Shown: in pieces, positions 17,976-28,061 of the stretch
Numbering within the stretch: position 1 is the stretch's first letter
How the letters are laid out: each line of letters opens with the position of its first letter
Assembly: GCA_017407205.1 (NCBI GenBank)
Contig: JAFQXA010000019.1
Location: 41,210-105,209, forward strand
Length of the DNA: 64,000 nt
Source: Clostridia bacterium
GTDB taxonomy: Bacteria; Bacillota; Clostridia; Christensenellales; CAG-138
Direction: 5' to 3'
Program-made: the position numbers and the translations under genes
Notes under the pieces: generated by a model
What the model saw: only the letters and a program-made list of their open reading frames with translations
Told to the model about the DNA's origin: nothing
The model's database searches: none

Positions 17976-19625
17976 CTATTCTTCTGCCTTAATCTCAAAT
18001 TCGGGGAGCAGGGGTTCGCCTGCATAGCCTGCCCATACATAGTAGCGTGCAGGGTGCATACGGTAGGTCGTGGTTGTGATAAACTTGCGATCCACTTCCT
18101 TGCCGTCCTTAAGATATGATTTGTATGTTTTGAAAACATAGCCCTTCTTTGCAGCGTTCTTTACCTGCCAGTAGGGAGCAGTTAAGCTGCTCTTTTGTAT
18201 GTATTCCGTTTCGGTGGGTGCAATGGGATCCTGCTCGTCTGAAATGAGATTTATTTCATCGAATGAATCACCGAAGGGCTCACCGTAAAGCTCGCACCAA
18301 ACCTCCTTGTTTTTCTTGTCAATCCATGTGAATACATAGACGGGGGAGGAGGTGTTATTTGTCCAGAGGAAGTCTATTCTTCCGCTGTCTATCGTTGCAT
18401 CAAGACCGCCCTTTACATAGCCGAGCTTGCTTGAATGGCCTTGGCGGTAATCCACCTGATAATCAGCTTTCAAAACCGCCTGGTAAATTGTACTTGAAAT
18501 CTGGCATACGCCGCCGCCAGGCTGATCCTCATTGGCTGCACCGCCGTCTATAACAGCAGGGGCAAGCTGCCAGCCGCTTGCAAGTGTGCGGTAACCGAGT
18601 ATTGTGTTTGCTGAGAACTGCTCACCCGGCTGTAAAACTGTGCCGTATACCAAGCCTGTTGCTTTTGTCATGTTGTGAACACGAGTTGATCTTCCGTAAT
18701 TACCGCTTGCATATGATGTTGAAACAGCAACACGCAAAACGAGCTTTGCTTTTATGTCTGCAACCGTTACGGAAGCAGGAGTTACCTTTGCAGGCAATTC
18801 AAAGTATGAAAAATCATTGTTTGCAATGCGTTCTTTGAGCTTTGAAATAAATTCGTCACGGTTGATTTCAATACCGTCTTTTTCTTCGATAAAGTCAAAG
18901 CGTAAATCTCTAAGGTCGGTTATCGAGCCGTCCTCGGGCAAGCCGATGTTGACTGTATCATATGCGTTTATGCCCTTTGTTTCGCTCATGGGGAGTTCTT
19001 TTACTGCAAATGAAGCGTTTGTGGGCGTTGCACCAAGCTCTTTTGAAAGATTGTCAAGGTATGTGTTTACCGTTTCTTCGTCAAGCGTGAGAGCAAGCGT
19101 GAATGTACGGCCGTTTATTTTTACGTCTTCGATTTCAGCCTCCATCTGGCGAAGCTTGCCTGTTCTGCCAAGAAGCATTGCTTCGTTTAAAACTTCGTCA
19201 ATATTTGCAACTATGCCAAGGTCAGCGCCCGATGCAACAATGTTGCCGTTCGTTGAGGTTATCGTGAGCATTATATCCTTTTCCATAGCGTTTGTGACGT
19301 TCTTGAGCGCATCCTTTGCCTCGTCAACCTTCATACCGCCTATTGCAACACCGTTTACCTTGATTCCCTCATGGAATATTCCGGAATTGATGATTTCCTG
19401 ACGCTTTTCTTCCTGCTTTTGTGTGACAAAGAGCAAACCGCAGTAAACAAGACTTAATACAGCAACCAAAGAAACAAGTGTTATGAGGAGCTTCTTTGAA
19501 CCGCTTGAAGCCTGCTTAACTTCCTTTTTAGGGGTTGCTTTTGCTGTTGATTTGTTGTTTGTCTTTGCGTTTGCTTTGCCCGTTGACTTTTTGCTTGTTT
19601 GAGCTTTCTTGTTCTTGCTTGCCAT
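17976..19625 (-). CDS. VanW-family protein with N-terminal membrane anchor
   Basis: Lys-rich N-terminus plus a TM helix. The VanW core reads YGTVLQPGEQFS..GGGVCQISSTIYQAVLKADY..GLDATI. Confidence 0.7.
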   Translation of the reverse strand: MASKNKKAQTSKKSTGKANAKTNNKSTAKATPKKEVKQASSGSKKLLITLVSLVAVLSLVYCGLLFVTQKQEEKRQEIINSGIFHEGIKVNGVAIGGMKVDEAKDALKNVTNAMEKDIMLTITSTNGNIVASGADLGIVANIDEVLNEAMLLGRTGKLRQMEAEIEDVKINGRTFTLALTLDEETVNTYLDNLSKELGATPTNASFAVKELPMSETKGINAYDTVNIGLPEDGSITDLRDLRFDFIEEKDGIEINRDEFISKLKERIANNDFSYFELPAKVTPASVTVADIKAKLVLRVAVSTSYASGNYGRSTRVHNMTKATGLVYGTVLQPGEQFSANTILGYRTLASGWQLAPAVIDGGAANEDQPGGGVCQISSTIYQAVLKADYQVDYRQGHSSKLGYVKGGLDATIDSGRIDFLWTNNTSSPVYVFTWIDKKNKEVWCELYGEPFGDSFDEINLISDEQDPIAPTETEYIQKSSLTAPYWQVKNAAKKGYVFKTYKSYLKDGKEVDRKFITTTTYRMHPARYYVWAGYAGEPLLPEFEIKAEE

Positions 19626-19831
19626 TATATTTTGAAAATCTCCGTAAAATAAAAATATACTAATTTAATATACAAACATATTATATTTATGCCTAATCGA
19701 TAAGTAAAGCGACTTGAAGATTTTTAACTTATAGTTCATACTTTGTCTTTTTATGCCGTTTTTTATTGGTTTTTTAATAAAAAAAGGACTTCTTTTTCAA
19801 AAAGTCCCAAGTAAAAATTGAAGCGCTGATT

Positions 19832-20581
19832 TCAAAGAACAAATCCTCCGTTTACGCTTATGACCTGCCCTGTAAGATAAGCTGAATCTTTTGATGCAAG
19901 ATGGAGCAAAAGTGAAGCTACCTCTTCGGCTTTTCCAAGCCTTCCCGACGGTATTTCCTCTCTGAGCTGGGTAAGCACATCCTCGTCGAGTGAGGCGTTC
20001 ATATCGGTATCAATAACGCCGGGGGCTACGCAGTTTACGGTTATGTTTGAGGGAGCAACCTCTTTTGCAAGTGCTTTCGTAAAACCGATTATTGCTGCCT
20101 TTGAAGCAGAATACGCGACCTCGCACGAGGCACCTGTCATACCCCATATCGAAGAAATGTTTATTATTCTTCCGCGCTTTTCGCTTATCATGGACGGAAG
20201 CACAATGGAAGTCGTGTTATATGCACCGTTTACATTTACCTTAAAAATTTCGTCCCATTTTTCGGGCGAAGTATCCTGGAAAACTCCATTGTAGGCAATG
20301 CCTGCATTGTTTATAAGCACGCTTATTTTGCCGAGTTTTTCAGTGACTTCATCGATGTTTTTCTGCATATCCTCAAGGGAAGCAACATTGCCCTTTACGA
20401 GCAGGCAAGTGCCGCCAAAGCTTGCAATCTCATCTGCAACCTTTTGTGCCGCCTCATCGTTTTTTAAGTAGTTAATGCCTACCTTGTAGCCTTTCTTTGC
20501 AAACGCTTTTGCACTTTCAGCTCCGATGCCTCGTGATGCACCCGTTATAAAAACAGTTTCGCCCATGGTGTATTTCCTCAT
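19832..20581 (-). CDS. short-chain dehydrogenase/reductase (FabG-like 3-oxoacyl-ACP reductase)
   Basis: TGASRGIG cofactor motif, NNAG, and the catalytic S..YSASK. An alternative start at 20566 (MGETVF) is possible. Confidence 0.75.
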   Translation of the reverse strand: MRKYTMGETVFITGASRGIGAESAKAFAKKGYKVGINYLKNDEAAQKVADEIASFGGTCLLVKGNVASLEDMQKNIDEVTEKLGKISVLINNAGIAYNGVFQDTSPEKWDEIFKVNVNGAYNTTSIVLPSMISEKRGRIINISSIWGMTGASCEVAYSASKAAIIGFTKALAKEVAPSNITVNCVAPGVIDTDMNASLDEDVLTQLREEIPSGRLGKAEEVASLLLHLASKDSAYLTGQVISVNGGFVL

Positions 20582-20632
20582 AATGATTAATTGAAATTAC
20601 GATACCATAATAAGCAAGGATTGGCAAGTAAA

Positions 20633-21472
20633 CTACTTCTGCTTTTGAACACCGTTTACGTCAATGTAAGTATCACCGTCAAGCAAAAGCTCGCTTATCG
20701 TTACAAATTCAAAGCCCTTTTTTTGAGCTTCCTCAATCAATGTCGGGAGATACTCCTTTATCTTAAAGCCGTTGTTGTGGCAGAGAATTATGCTGCCGCC
20801 TTTAAGCTTCGGAAGAACTGTGTCGAGTATGGTTTGCGCACTTCGTTCTTCTTTCCAGTCAATAGAGTCAATATTCCATTGAAGTACCTCATAGCCCAAG
20901 GAACGCACGGTCGTTATAACATTATCGTTGTATTCGCCGTAGGGTGCACGGAAAAGCTTTGTACGCTCGCCCGTGATGTTTACCATGAGCTTCTCAAAGT
21001 CGTCAATTTCTTTTTGTATTTCCTGTGCAGAAAGCTTATTCATATGAGGATGGGTTGCTGTGTGGTTGCCAAGCTCATGCCCTGCGTCATAGATTGCCTT
21101 GACATCATCTGCATATTTTTCAGCCCAGAATCCGCAGAGAAAGAAAGTTGCCTTTATGCCGTATTTGTCAAGTGTTTCAAGTATGAAAGGCGTCTTGTCG
21201 TCCTCCCATGCAGCATCTATCGTGAGAGCGATTTTATTGTCGTTTCTGTCTACTTCGTATACGGGCAATTCCTTCTTTTGACCGGCTAAAACGCAAAGCT
21301 CATAGTCTTCGCCCGAAAGTACGGTTTGTGTGCTTGTTGCCATAGCGTTTTCCCGTTTGCTTGTTGCACTGCCAAAGGAGAACGAGAGAAAGATTGCTGC
21401 AAGAACTATTGCAGATACAGCTACAGCAAGGGCGATTATGAGTGTGCGTTTTGTTATTACGAATATACGCAA
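20633..21472 (-). CDS. polysaccharide deacetylase (NodB homology domain), membrane anchored
   Basis: ALTIDAAWEDD, ATFFLCG and HELGNHTATHPHM NodB motifs, with an N-terminal TM helix. Confidence 0.8.
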   Translation of the reverse strand: MRIFVITKRTLIIALAVAVSAIVLAAIFLSFSFGSATSKRENAMATSTQTVLSGEDYELCVLAGQKKELPVYEVDRNDNKIALTIDAAWEDDKTPFILETLDKYGIKATFFLCGFWAEKYADDVKAIYDAGHELGNHTATHPHMNKLSAQEIQKEIDDFEKLMVNITGERTKLFRAPYGEYNDNVITTVRSLGYEVLQWNIDSIDWKEERSAQTILDTVLPKLKGGSIILCHNNGFKIKEYLPTLIEEAQKKGFEFVTISELLLDGDTYIDVNGVQKQK

Positions 21473-21545
21473 GGCATTTTACCTCCAAATTTTTATTTCC
21501 TAAACGGTGTAGGTATAGCATTTATATGCACCATGTGATAAAATC

Positions 21546-23750
21546 ATGCCGATGGAAATACAAGGTGTTATAAAAACAATAATATATCGTAATGAGGATA
21601 ATGGTTACACAGTGCTGGAGCTTGTGGACGAGTCGGGCGACGAAATAGTTGTCGTCGGCACGATACCGCTTGCTTCTGTCGGGGAAAAGATAATCGCGGA
21701 GGGCGATTACACACAGCACAGAGCCTATGGATTGCAATTTAAAGCAGAGAGAACGAAAACTCTTGCTCCTTCAACCTTGACGGCACTCGTGTCATATCTT
21801 TCGTGCGGACTTATAAAGGGCGTCGGCGAAGCAACGGCCGAAAATATCGTTGCGACTTTCGGCATGGAAACGCTTGATATACTTGAAAACGATCCTGCAA
21901 GGCTCAGCGAAGTGCCCGGAATAGGTGCATCACGTGCCAAAACGATAGCTGCTTCTTTCATGCTGCGTCGTGATATGCGTGATGTAATGCTTGCTTTAAG
22001 TGAGTACGGTGTCACGGTTTCCCAGGCAATGAAGCTTTATAAAATATACGGTGCAATGTGCCTTGCAAAATTAAAGGAAAATCCCTACCGTTTGGTCGAG
22101 GATGTAGAAGGAATAGGCTTCAAGACGGCGGATAAGCTTGCGCAGAATGTGGGCGTTGAAAAGGATTCGCCGTACAGACTTCGTGCAGGAGTAAAGTATA
22201 CTCTTTCGTGGGCAATGCATGAGGGGCATACCTGCCTGCCGTATGAAAAGCTTGTAAAAGTAGCGTCCGACATACTTGAGGCTGAAATATTACCCATTGA
22301 AAAAACAGTCGATGAAATGATAATGAGCCGTGAGCTTTCAAATAGGGTTGTTGACGGTGAGGATTGCGTGGCACTTCATGTGATGGACCATGTTGAAAAA
22401 ATGTGTGCGCGTTTTATAACAACGCTCAACACACCGCCCGTAAAAAATCCGTATTTTTCAATCGATGACGGAATTGCATCGCTTGAAAAAGAGTTCGACA
22501 TTGAGCTTGCGCCTTCGCAAAGAGAGGCGGTCGTGTCCGCACTTTCAAACGGAGTGATGGTAATAACGGGCGGGCCGGGTACAGGTAAAACAACAATATT
22601 GAGATTTATAATACGCCTTTTTGATAAGCTCGGGCTTGAGTGCGAGCTTTGTGCACCAACGGGCAGAGCTGCAAAGAGAATGAGTGAGGCAACGGGACGT
22701 GAGGCAAGAACTATCCATCGTATGCTTGAGCTTGGATACGGCAAGGAAGAGTTCATGCGTAACAGCGAAAATACGCTTGATGCAGATGCGATAATAATTG
22801 ATGAAGCGTCAATGGTTGACGTGCATCTTATGTATTCCTTGCTTCGTGCATTGAATGTAGGTACACGCCTTATTATGGTAGGCGATGCTGACCAGCTTCC
22901 GCCTGTCGGAGCAGGCAATGTACTGCACGATATAATCAAGAGCGAGGCAGTATGCGTTGTAAAGCTTGAGGATATATTCAGACAGAGCGAACGAAGTGCA
23001 ATAGTTTCAAACGCGCACAGGATAAATACGGGCAAAAAGATAGATTTATCAAATAAGACTCCCGATTTTATATTTGAAGAAATACAGAATGCGGACATGA
23101 CGGTTAAGCGCGTAACAGCGCTTTGCATGGGCAAAACAAATAAGCTTTTAACAAATGATACGCTCAAGGATGTCCAGGTCCTCGCACCAATGAAAAAAGG
23201 CGAAGCAGGAGTTTTGAACCTTAACTTAAAGCTTCAGCAGGCATTGAATCCGCCTGAGCATAAGAAGAAAGAGCGCAAGGTGGGCGATGTTGTGTTCCGC
23301 GAGGGTGACAAGGTAATGCAGATAAAGAACAATTACCGACTTGAATGGAAAAAGAGTGTGCGCGGTGAAATTGTTGAAACGGGCGAAGGCGTATATAACG
23401 GTGACATGGGTACAATCATGAGAATTGACAGTGATGCCCAGATAATGCAGATTCTTTTTGACGACGAAAAGCTTGCAGAATACGAATTTTCAATGCTTGA
23501 TGAATTAACGCTTGCGTATTGCGTTTCGGTGCATAAAAGCCAGGGCAGCGAATTTCCGATAGTTATATTGCCCCTTTTGGGCGGTCAGCCCCAGCTTATG
23601 ACAAGAAACTTGCTTTACACGGCTGTAACGAGGGCAAGGAGTCAGGTTTACATTGTGGGCAGGGAATATGCCGTTATGAATATGATAAGCAACACAAACG
23701 TAAAAAAACGCTACAGTGCACTGAAGGAATATTTAAAAGGTGAATATTAA
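21546..23750 (+). CDS. recD2: ATP-dependent RecD-like DNA helicase (RecD2)
   Basis: HhH region, Walker A GGPGTGKTT, IIIDEASMVD, VGDADQLPPVG, and the C-terminal SVHKSQGSEF..LLYTAVTRA SF1 motifs. Confidence 0.9.
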   Translation: MPMEIQGVIKTIIYRNEDNGYTVLELVDESGDEIVVVGTIPLASVGEKIIAEGDYTQHRAYGLQFKAERTKTLAPSTLTALVSYLSCGLIKGVGEATAENIVATFGMETLDILENDPARLSEVPGIGASRAKTIAASFMLRRDMRDVMLALSEYGVTVSQAMKLYKIYGAMCLAKLKENPYRLVEDVEGIGFKTADKLAQNVGVEKDSPYRLRAGVKYTLSWAMHEGHTCLPYEKLVKVASDILEAEILPIEKTVDEMIMSRELSNRVVDGEDCVALHVMDHVEKMCARFITTLNTPPVKNPYFSIDDGIASLEKEFDIELAPSQREAVVSALSNGVMVITGGPGTGKTTILRFIIRLFDKLGLECELCAPTGRAAKRMSEATGREARTIHRMLELGYGKEEFMRNSENTLDADAIIIDEASMVDVHLMYSLLRALNVGTRLIMVGDADQLPPVGAGNVLHDIIKSEAVCVVKLEDIFRQSERSAIVSNAHRINTGKKIDLSNKTPDFIFEEIQNADMTVKRVTALCMGKTNKLLTNDTLKDVQVLAPMKKGEAGVLNLNLKLQQALNPPEHKKKERKVGDVVFREGDKVMQIKNNYRLEWKKSVRGEIVETGEGVYNGDMGTIMRIDSDAQIMQILFDDEKLAEYEFSMLDELTLAYCVSVHKSQGSEFPIVILPLLGGQPQLMTRNLLYTAVTRARSQVYIVGREYAVMNMISNTNVKKRYSALKEYLKGEY

Positions 23751-24384
23751 AGAACTGATAAGGAAATATGTTTTCCCACAGCAAAACACTTGCCTTTTGT
23801 GCTTTCATGAGGCAATAACGGATGAGAATAATGTCTGCGAAGCTTGTATGGCAAGGTTTGAACCGTTTGATACGGTTATAAAAATCGGTGATATAGATGG
23901 TATGACAGCGGCTTTTGTCTATGATGGCGTAATAAAACAGGCTATTATGAATTTTAAGTACAATGGCAGAAAATATATTGCAAAACCGCTTGCACTGTTT
24001 ATGGAAGCAGATGACAGGTGGAACATTGACTTTGTAACTTTTGTGCCGATAACTCAAAACAGAAGGCTCAAAAGAGGTTATAATCAAAGCGAGGAGCTTG
24101 CAAGGCATTTTTGTGACAGGACAGGACTTCAACTAAGGGGAAACATCCTTACAAAGGTGCGTGATACGGATTCCCAGACCAAGCTTACACGTGAAGAAAG
24201 AAGAGCAAACTTAAAAGGAGCATTTAAAGCAACTCAAAGGGTGAACGGTTTTTCCGTGTTGCTCATAGATGATGTAATAACAACGGGTTCAACGGCTTTG
24301 GAGTGTGCACACACATTAAAAAGAGCAGGAGCAAAACGGGTTTATGTTCTTGCCGTGGCAGCTTCTGAAAAGAATTTGACTTAA
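23740..24384 (+). CDS. comFC: ComF family protein (ComFC, phosphoribosyltransferase-like)
   Basis: N-terminal CxxC..CxxC zinc finger and C-terminal LLIDDVITTGST PRTase motif. It overlaps recD2 as usual. Confidence 0.8.
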   Translation: MNIKELIRKYVFPQQNTCLLCFHEAITDENNVCEACMARFEPFDTVIKIGDIDGMTAAFVYDGVIKQAIMNFKYNGRKYIAKPLALFMEADDRWNIDFVTFVPITQNRRLKRGYNQSEELARHFCDRTGLQLRGNILTKVRDTDSQTKLTREERRANLKGAFKATQRVNGFSVLLIDDVITTGSTALECAHTLKRAGAKRVYVLAVAASEKNLT

Positions 24385-24449
24385 GAAAACTTATTCTATA
24401 AACAAACCTTCCGACATATGCATAAAGCATAGAGTTTCGGAGGGTTTTT

Positions 24450-24695
24450 ATGTATAGATATATTGAAGAACGCGTTTTGATGGCGGCACAATACATTATA
24501 GAAAATCGGGCAACGGTGAGAAGCTGTGCAAAGGTGTTTAATGTGAGCAAGTCAACAGTACATAAGGATATGGTGGAAAGGCTTAAAAGGATATCACCGC
24601 AGATGGCAGAGGAAGTACGGAGAATACTTAATCAAAACAAGGAGGAACGTCACATAAGGGGAGGCATGGCAACATACAGAAAATACAAGGGCTAA
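24450..24695 (+). CDS. spoIIID: stage III sporulation protein D (mother-cell transcription factor)
   Basis: IEERVLMAAQYIIENRATVRSCAKVFNVSKSTVHKDMVERL is near-canonical SpoIIID. The protein is 81 aa. Confidence 0.9.
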   Translation: MYRYIEERVLMAAQYIIENRATVRSCAKVFNVSKSTVHKDMVERLKRISPQMAEEVRRILNQNKEERHIRGGMATYRKYKG

Positions 24696-25519
24696 GTGCT
24701 CTGCTTGTTTTTTGAAAAATAGAGCGATATAAGGCCGAAAAATGAAGCGAGTATTGAAGCCAAGCGGTAGTACAAAGGATAGCCTGCAAAAAACGATGCG
24801 ACAAAGAGAAGAAAAGAAACGGTGAAGTATTTTTTAATACTGTCTTCCTTAAAAATATCTGACAAGCTCTTTTTCTTTTTTTCTTTAAGCTTGGTCACAT
24901 CCTCGATAATCAAATTGTCAATTTCGCTGTCGCTGACTGTATAACTCAAATACAGAGCAAGTTCTTTTGCGCAAATAAATAAGGCTTTACAATTTTCCTC
25001 ATGCTTTTTGACAAACTCGGTTGCCTCATCAGATATTTGAGAGGTATGAAAAAGAACAAAAAAATCGAGTCCGTCATTCAATGCTTCCTGATAAAATTTA
25101 AGCACATCATCAGCACTTACAGGTGCTGATTTTTGTAATAAAAAGAGTTTTGGATTTCCGGGGAAACGGTCGGGAAAGCTTTTTATATACTGACTTACTT
25201 TATCAAAAAGCTCCTGAGGATTTAAAAGAATAAAACGCTCACATAATATTTTTGTACGAAGTCTTTCTTTTTCTGCTTTGCAAAAACGCTCAAAGCGAAT
25301 ACTTTTAAAAAGTCGGAAAGCTATTGAAAGTACAGACATTGAAATAAGCGGAAGTAAAACACGGAGTACGGGATTTTTTAGAGTAGGCATGAACCAAATA
25401 TACAAAATTATGAAACCGATTGTGCGAAAAGCGATAAAATCAGTAATTCTTGCAAAGGCGTTTTTGCCTTTGTGAAATGTTGTTTTGTAGTATTTTTGTA
25501 TAATTTTTTGATTTTTCAT
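24692..25519 (-). CDS. hypothetical membrane protein
   Basis: Two N-terminal and two C-terminal TM helices flank a soluble roughly 150-aa domain. No motif was recognised. It overlaps spoIIID convergently by 4 nt. Confidence 0.5.
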   Translation of the reverse strand: MKNQKIIQKYYKTTFHKGKNAFARITDFIAFRTIGFIILYIWFMPTLKNPVLRVLLPLISMSVLSIAFRLFKSIRFERFCKAEKERLRTKILCERFILLNPQELFDKVSQYIKSFPDRFPGNPKLFLLQKSAPVSADDVLKFYQEALNDGLDFFVLFHTSQISDEATEFVKKHEENCKALFICAKELALYLSYTVSDSEIDNLIIEDVTKLKEKKKKSLSDIFKEDSIKKYFTVSFLLFVASFFAGYPLYYRLASILASFFGLISLYFSKNKQST

Positions 25520-25597
25520 AATAAAAACCTCCGTTTACATCTATTGTTGCCAAATGTGGGGATTTTCAAACCGGATTATATATTGTATAATATCAGC

Positions 25598-26767
25598 ATG
25601 AGAGTAGGAATTTTAGGCGGAAGCTTTAATCCGATACATTTTGGCCACTTGCAGCTTGCGCAGTGGGCGTTGAGTGAATACAAGCTTGATGAGATTTTGA
25701 TCATGGTGGCAAAACAACCGCCGCACAAAGAGATCGCAGGCGATATTGAACCTGGGCACCGCTTTGAAATGGTAAAGCGTGCTGTTGACGATATTAACCG
25801 CATCATCGCTTGCGATATGGAGCTTGCACGCGAGGGCATAAGCTATACTGTCGATACGCTCAGACAGGTTAAAGAGCAGTATAAAGATGCAAAGCTGTTT
25901 TTGGTATTGGGCGAGGATATGCTTTTCTCATTGCCGACATGGAGAGAACCTGAGGAGATTTTTAAGCTCTGTGATATCGTGGCATACGCAAGACCGCGTT
26001 GTGACGGTGATGAGAGAAAAGAAGCCGAAAAATTGGCTAAGGAGTATAATGCAAAAATTCATGTCGGTACTTTTACCGGGCTTGACATATCCTCCACAAC
26101 GGTGCGTGAGGCGGTATATAATGCAAAGCCGATATCGCATCTGGTTCCAAAATGTATAGAGGAGTATATCTATGAAAACGGTCTGTATCTGCCCGATGAT
26201 ATAAAGGCGATACAGCAGGATATAAAAAATACCGTAAAGAGCAAGCGTTACAGGCACACGATGGGGACTGTGCGTTGGGCTATAGAACTTGCCGACAGGC
26301 ACAAAATGGACACGAAGCAAGCAAGGCTTGCAGCACTTTTGCATGACTGTGCAAAGGTAGCACCCGAAGAACAGGTTATCGAAGCACAAAAGCACAATAT
26401 GGTGCTTACACCGATAGAGCAGGTTTCACCTGCACTTATCCATGCAAGGCTCGGTGCAGTGTATGCAAAGGAAAAGTATGGTGTTGAAGATGAAGAGATA
26501 ATTGAAGCAATACGCTGTCATACATTATGCAGATTGGGTATGACAAAGCTTGATAAATTGCTTTATATTGCGGACAAGACTGAACCTTTAAGGTCGTTTG
26601 GCGGAGTCAATACACTGCGTCGAAAGGCTTGGGAAGATATTGACGCAGGTACTGTTGCGTGTATGGATTACAGCATAGCACACACTCGAAATTCGGGCAA
26701 ACAGCTTGATGATACGATACTTGCGGCAAGAGAAGAAATAATAAAAAACGGAGGTAAGAAAAATTGA
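25598..26767 (+). CDS. nadD: fused nicotinate-nucleotide adenylyltransferase NadD / HD-domain YqeK protein
   Basis: The N-terminal half begins MRVGILGGSFNPIHFGHL (NadD HxGH motif). The C-terminal half has RYRHTMGT..ALLHDCAK (the YqeK HD motif). The start was moved from the track ORF (25472) to the conserved N-terminus. Confidence 0.85.
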   Translation: MRVGILGGSFNPIHFGHLQLAQWALSEYKLDEILIMVAKQPPHKEIAGDIEPGHRFEMVKRAVDDINRIIACDMELAREGISYTVDTLRQVKEQYKDAKLFLVLGEDMLFSLPTWREPEEIFKLCDIVAYARPRCDGDERKEAEKLAKEYNAKIHVGTFTGLDISSTTVREAVYNAKPISHLVPKCIEEYIYENGLYLPDDIKAIQQDIKNTVKSKRYRHTMGTVRWAIELADRHKMDTKQARLAALLHDCAKVAPEEQVIEAQKHNMVLTPIEQVSPALIHARLGAVYAKEKYGVEDEEIIEAIRCHTLCRLGMTKLDKLLYIADKTEPLRSFGGVNTLRRKAWEDIDAGTVACMDYSIAHTRNSGKQLDDTILAAREEIIKNGGKKN

Positions 26768-27126
26768 ACGAGAAGACACGTGAACAAGTAATTAAGCTTT
26801 GCGAAGTGCTCGACAGCAAAAAGGCAATGGATATCAAAGCAATATATGTTGCGGACAAAACGATTATTGCAGATTGGTTCATAATCTGCAGCGGTCGCGT
26901 GGCATCACAGGTCAAGATGCTTGCCGACGAGCTTGAGGATGAAGCTTATAAGTTGGGCCTTGAAACAAGGCGTAAGGAAGGATATCAGGAGGGACGCTGG
27001 GTTGTATTGGACTTTGCGGATATACTCGTGCACATATTCATTCCCGAAGAACGTGAATATTACAACATGGAACGCTTGTGGGCTGAAAATCCCGATGAGT
27101 GTATTTCCTTCGGTACGGAGGACTGA
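26764..27126 (+). CDS. rsfS: ribosome silencing factor RsfS (iojap-like)
   Basis: DIKAIYVADKTIIADWFIICSG..VVLDFADILVHIF..REYYNMERLW is typical RsfS, in the usual position after nadD/yqeK. Confidence 0.9.
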   Translation: MNEKTREQVIKLCEVLDSKKAMDIKAIYVADKTIIADWFIICSGRVASQVKMLADELEDEAYKLGLETRRKEGYQEGRWVVLDFADILVHIFIPEEREYYNMERLWAENPDECISFGTED

Positions 27127-27135
27127 TTTTTAAGA

Positions 27136-27159
27136 GAGGGCGGTTTTTCGCCCTTTTTG
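27136..27159 (+). terminator. intrinsic terminator after rsfS
   Basis: GGGCG .. CGCCC hairpin followed by TTTTT. Confidence 0.75.
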
Positions 27160-27187
27160 TGCTTAATACAAAAGACGGAGAATTTAA

Positions 27188-28048
27188 ATGGCAAGTGAGA
27201 TAAAAAAACAGACATATCATACGCACATAACTTCAAAGCATAGGATGCTTGATTTGAATCTCAAAGAGGTCTGGCGTTACAGGGATCTTATTTTGCTTTT
27301 TACAAAGAGAACCTTTGTGCTTACATATAAGCAGACGGTTTTGGGCCCTGCATGGATTTTCTTGAATCCCTTTATTACAAGTCTTATCTATACATTCGTA
27401 TTTGGCGGAATAGCAGGTATTGCAACGGACGGAGTGCCTCAGATACTTTTCTATCTTTGCAGCAACGCCATATGGCTTTTATTCTCAACGTCTGTTACCA
27501 ACAATGCACATGCATTTACGGCAAATGCAAATGTTTTCGGCAAAGTCTATTTCCCGAGGCTTACAATACCGATATCAAACATGCTGTCTTCCATAATACA
27601 GTTTGGTATACAGATGATACTCGTGCTTGCTTTCTTAGCATTCTATCTTTTCAAAGGTGAAGTGCATCCGAACTGGAGCGCTTGGGCTTTGATACCGTTT
27701 GCCCTTTTACACATAGGCGTTATGGGCTTGGGTTTTGGCATTATAATATCAAGCTTGACAACAAAGTATCGCGATTTGGCAATTTTGGTAACATTCGGCG
27801 TTCAACTGTGGATGTACATAACTCCCATTGTTTACCCCCTCTCGGCAATGGGTGGTGGAATAATGGAAATGATTATGATGTTCAACCCTGTAACGGCTCC
27901 TGTAGAACTTTTAAGGTACGCAATTTTGGGACAGGGCGTTGTAAGGCTTGATTATTACCTCATATCCATCGCGGTAACCCTGGTTGTTGCCGTGCTCGGT
28001 GTGATGCTCTTCAACAAGGTTGAAAAGACATTTATGGATACGGTCTGA
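27188..28048 (+). CDS. tagG: ABC-2 type polysaccharide/teichoic-acid export permease (TagG/Wzm-like)
   Basis: Six-TM ABC-2 permease with the N-terminal LWRYRDLILLFTKR motif typical of TagG/Wzm. Confidence 0.75.
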   Translation: MASEIKKQTYHTHITSKHRMLDLNLKEVWRYRDLILLFTKRTFVLTYKQTVLGPAWIFLNPFITSLIYTFVFGGIAGIATDGVPQILFYLCSNAIWLLFSTSVTNNAHAFTANANVFGKVYFPRLTIPISNMLSSIIQFGIQMILVLAFLAFYLFKGEVHPNWSAWALIPFALLHIGVMGLGFGIIISSLTTKYRDLAILVTFGVQLWMYITPIVYPLSAMGGGIMEMIMMFNPVTAPVELLRYAILGQGVVRLDYYLISIAVTLVVAVLGVMLFNKVEKTFMDTV

Positions 28049-28061
28049 GGAGGGCGAAAAT

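Noticed and set aside
18754-19401. 215-aa plus-strand ORF
   Set aside because: It is antisense to the VanW-family gene. It gives a Ser/Phe-rich low-complexity translation and has no RBS.
20591-21289. 232-aa plus-strand ORF
   Set aside because: It is entirely antisense to the well-supported polysaccharide deacetylase gene (NodB motifs on the minus strand). Its product is Cys/Leu/Val/Phe-rich with no motifs, typical of a shadow ORF.
22376-23167. 263-aa minus-strand ORF
   Set aside because: It is antisense to recD2, whose helicase motifs are unambiguous. The translation is a Ser-rich shadow frame.
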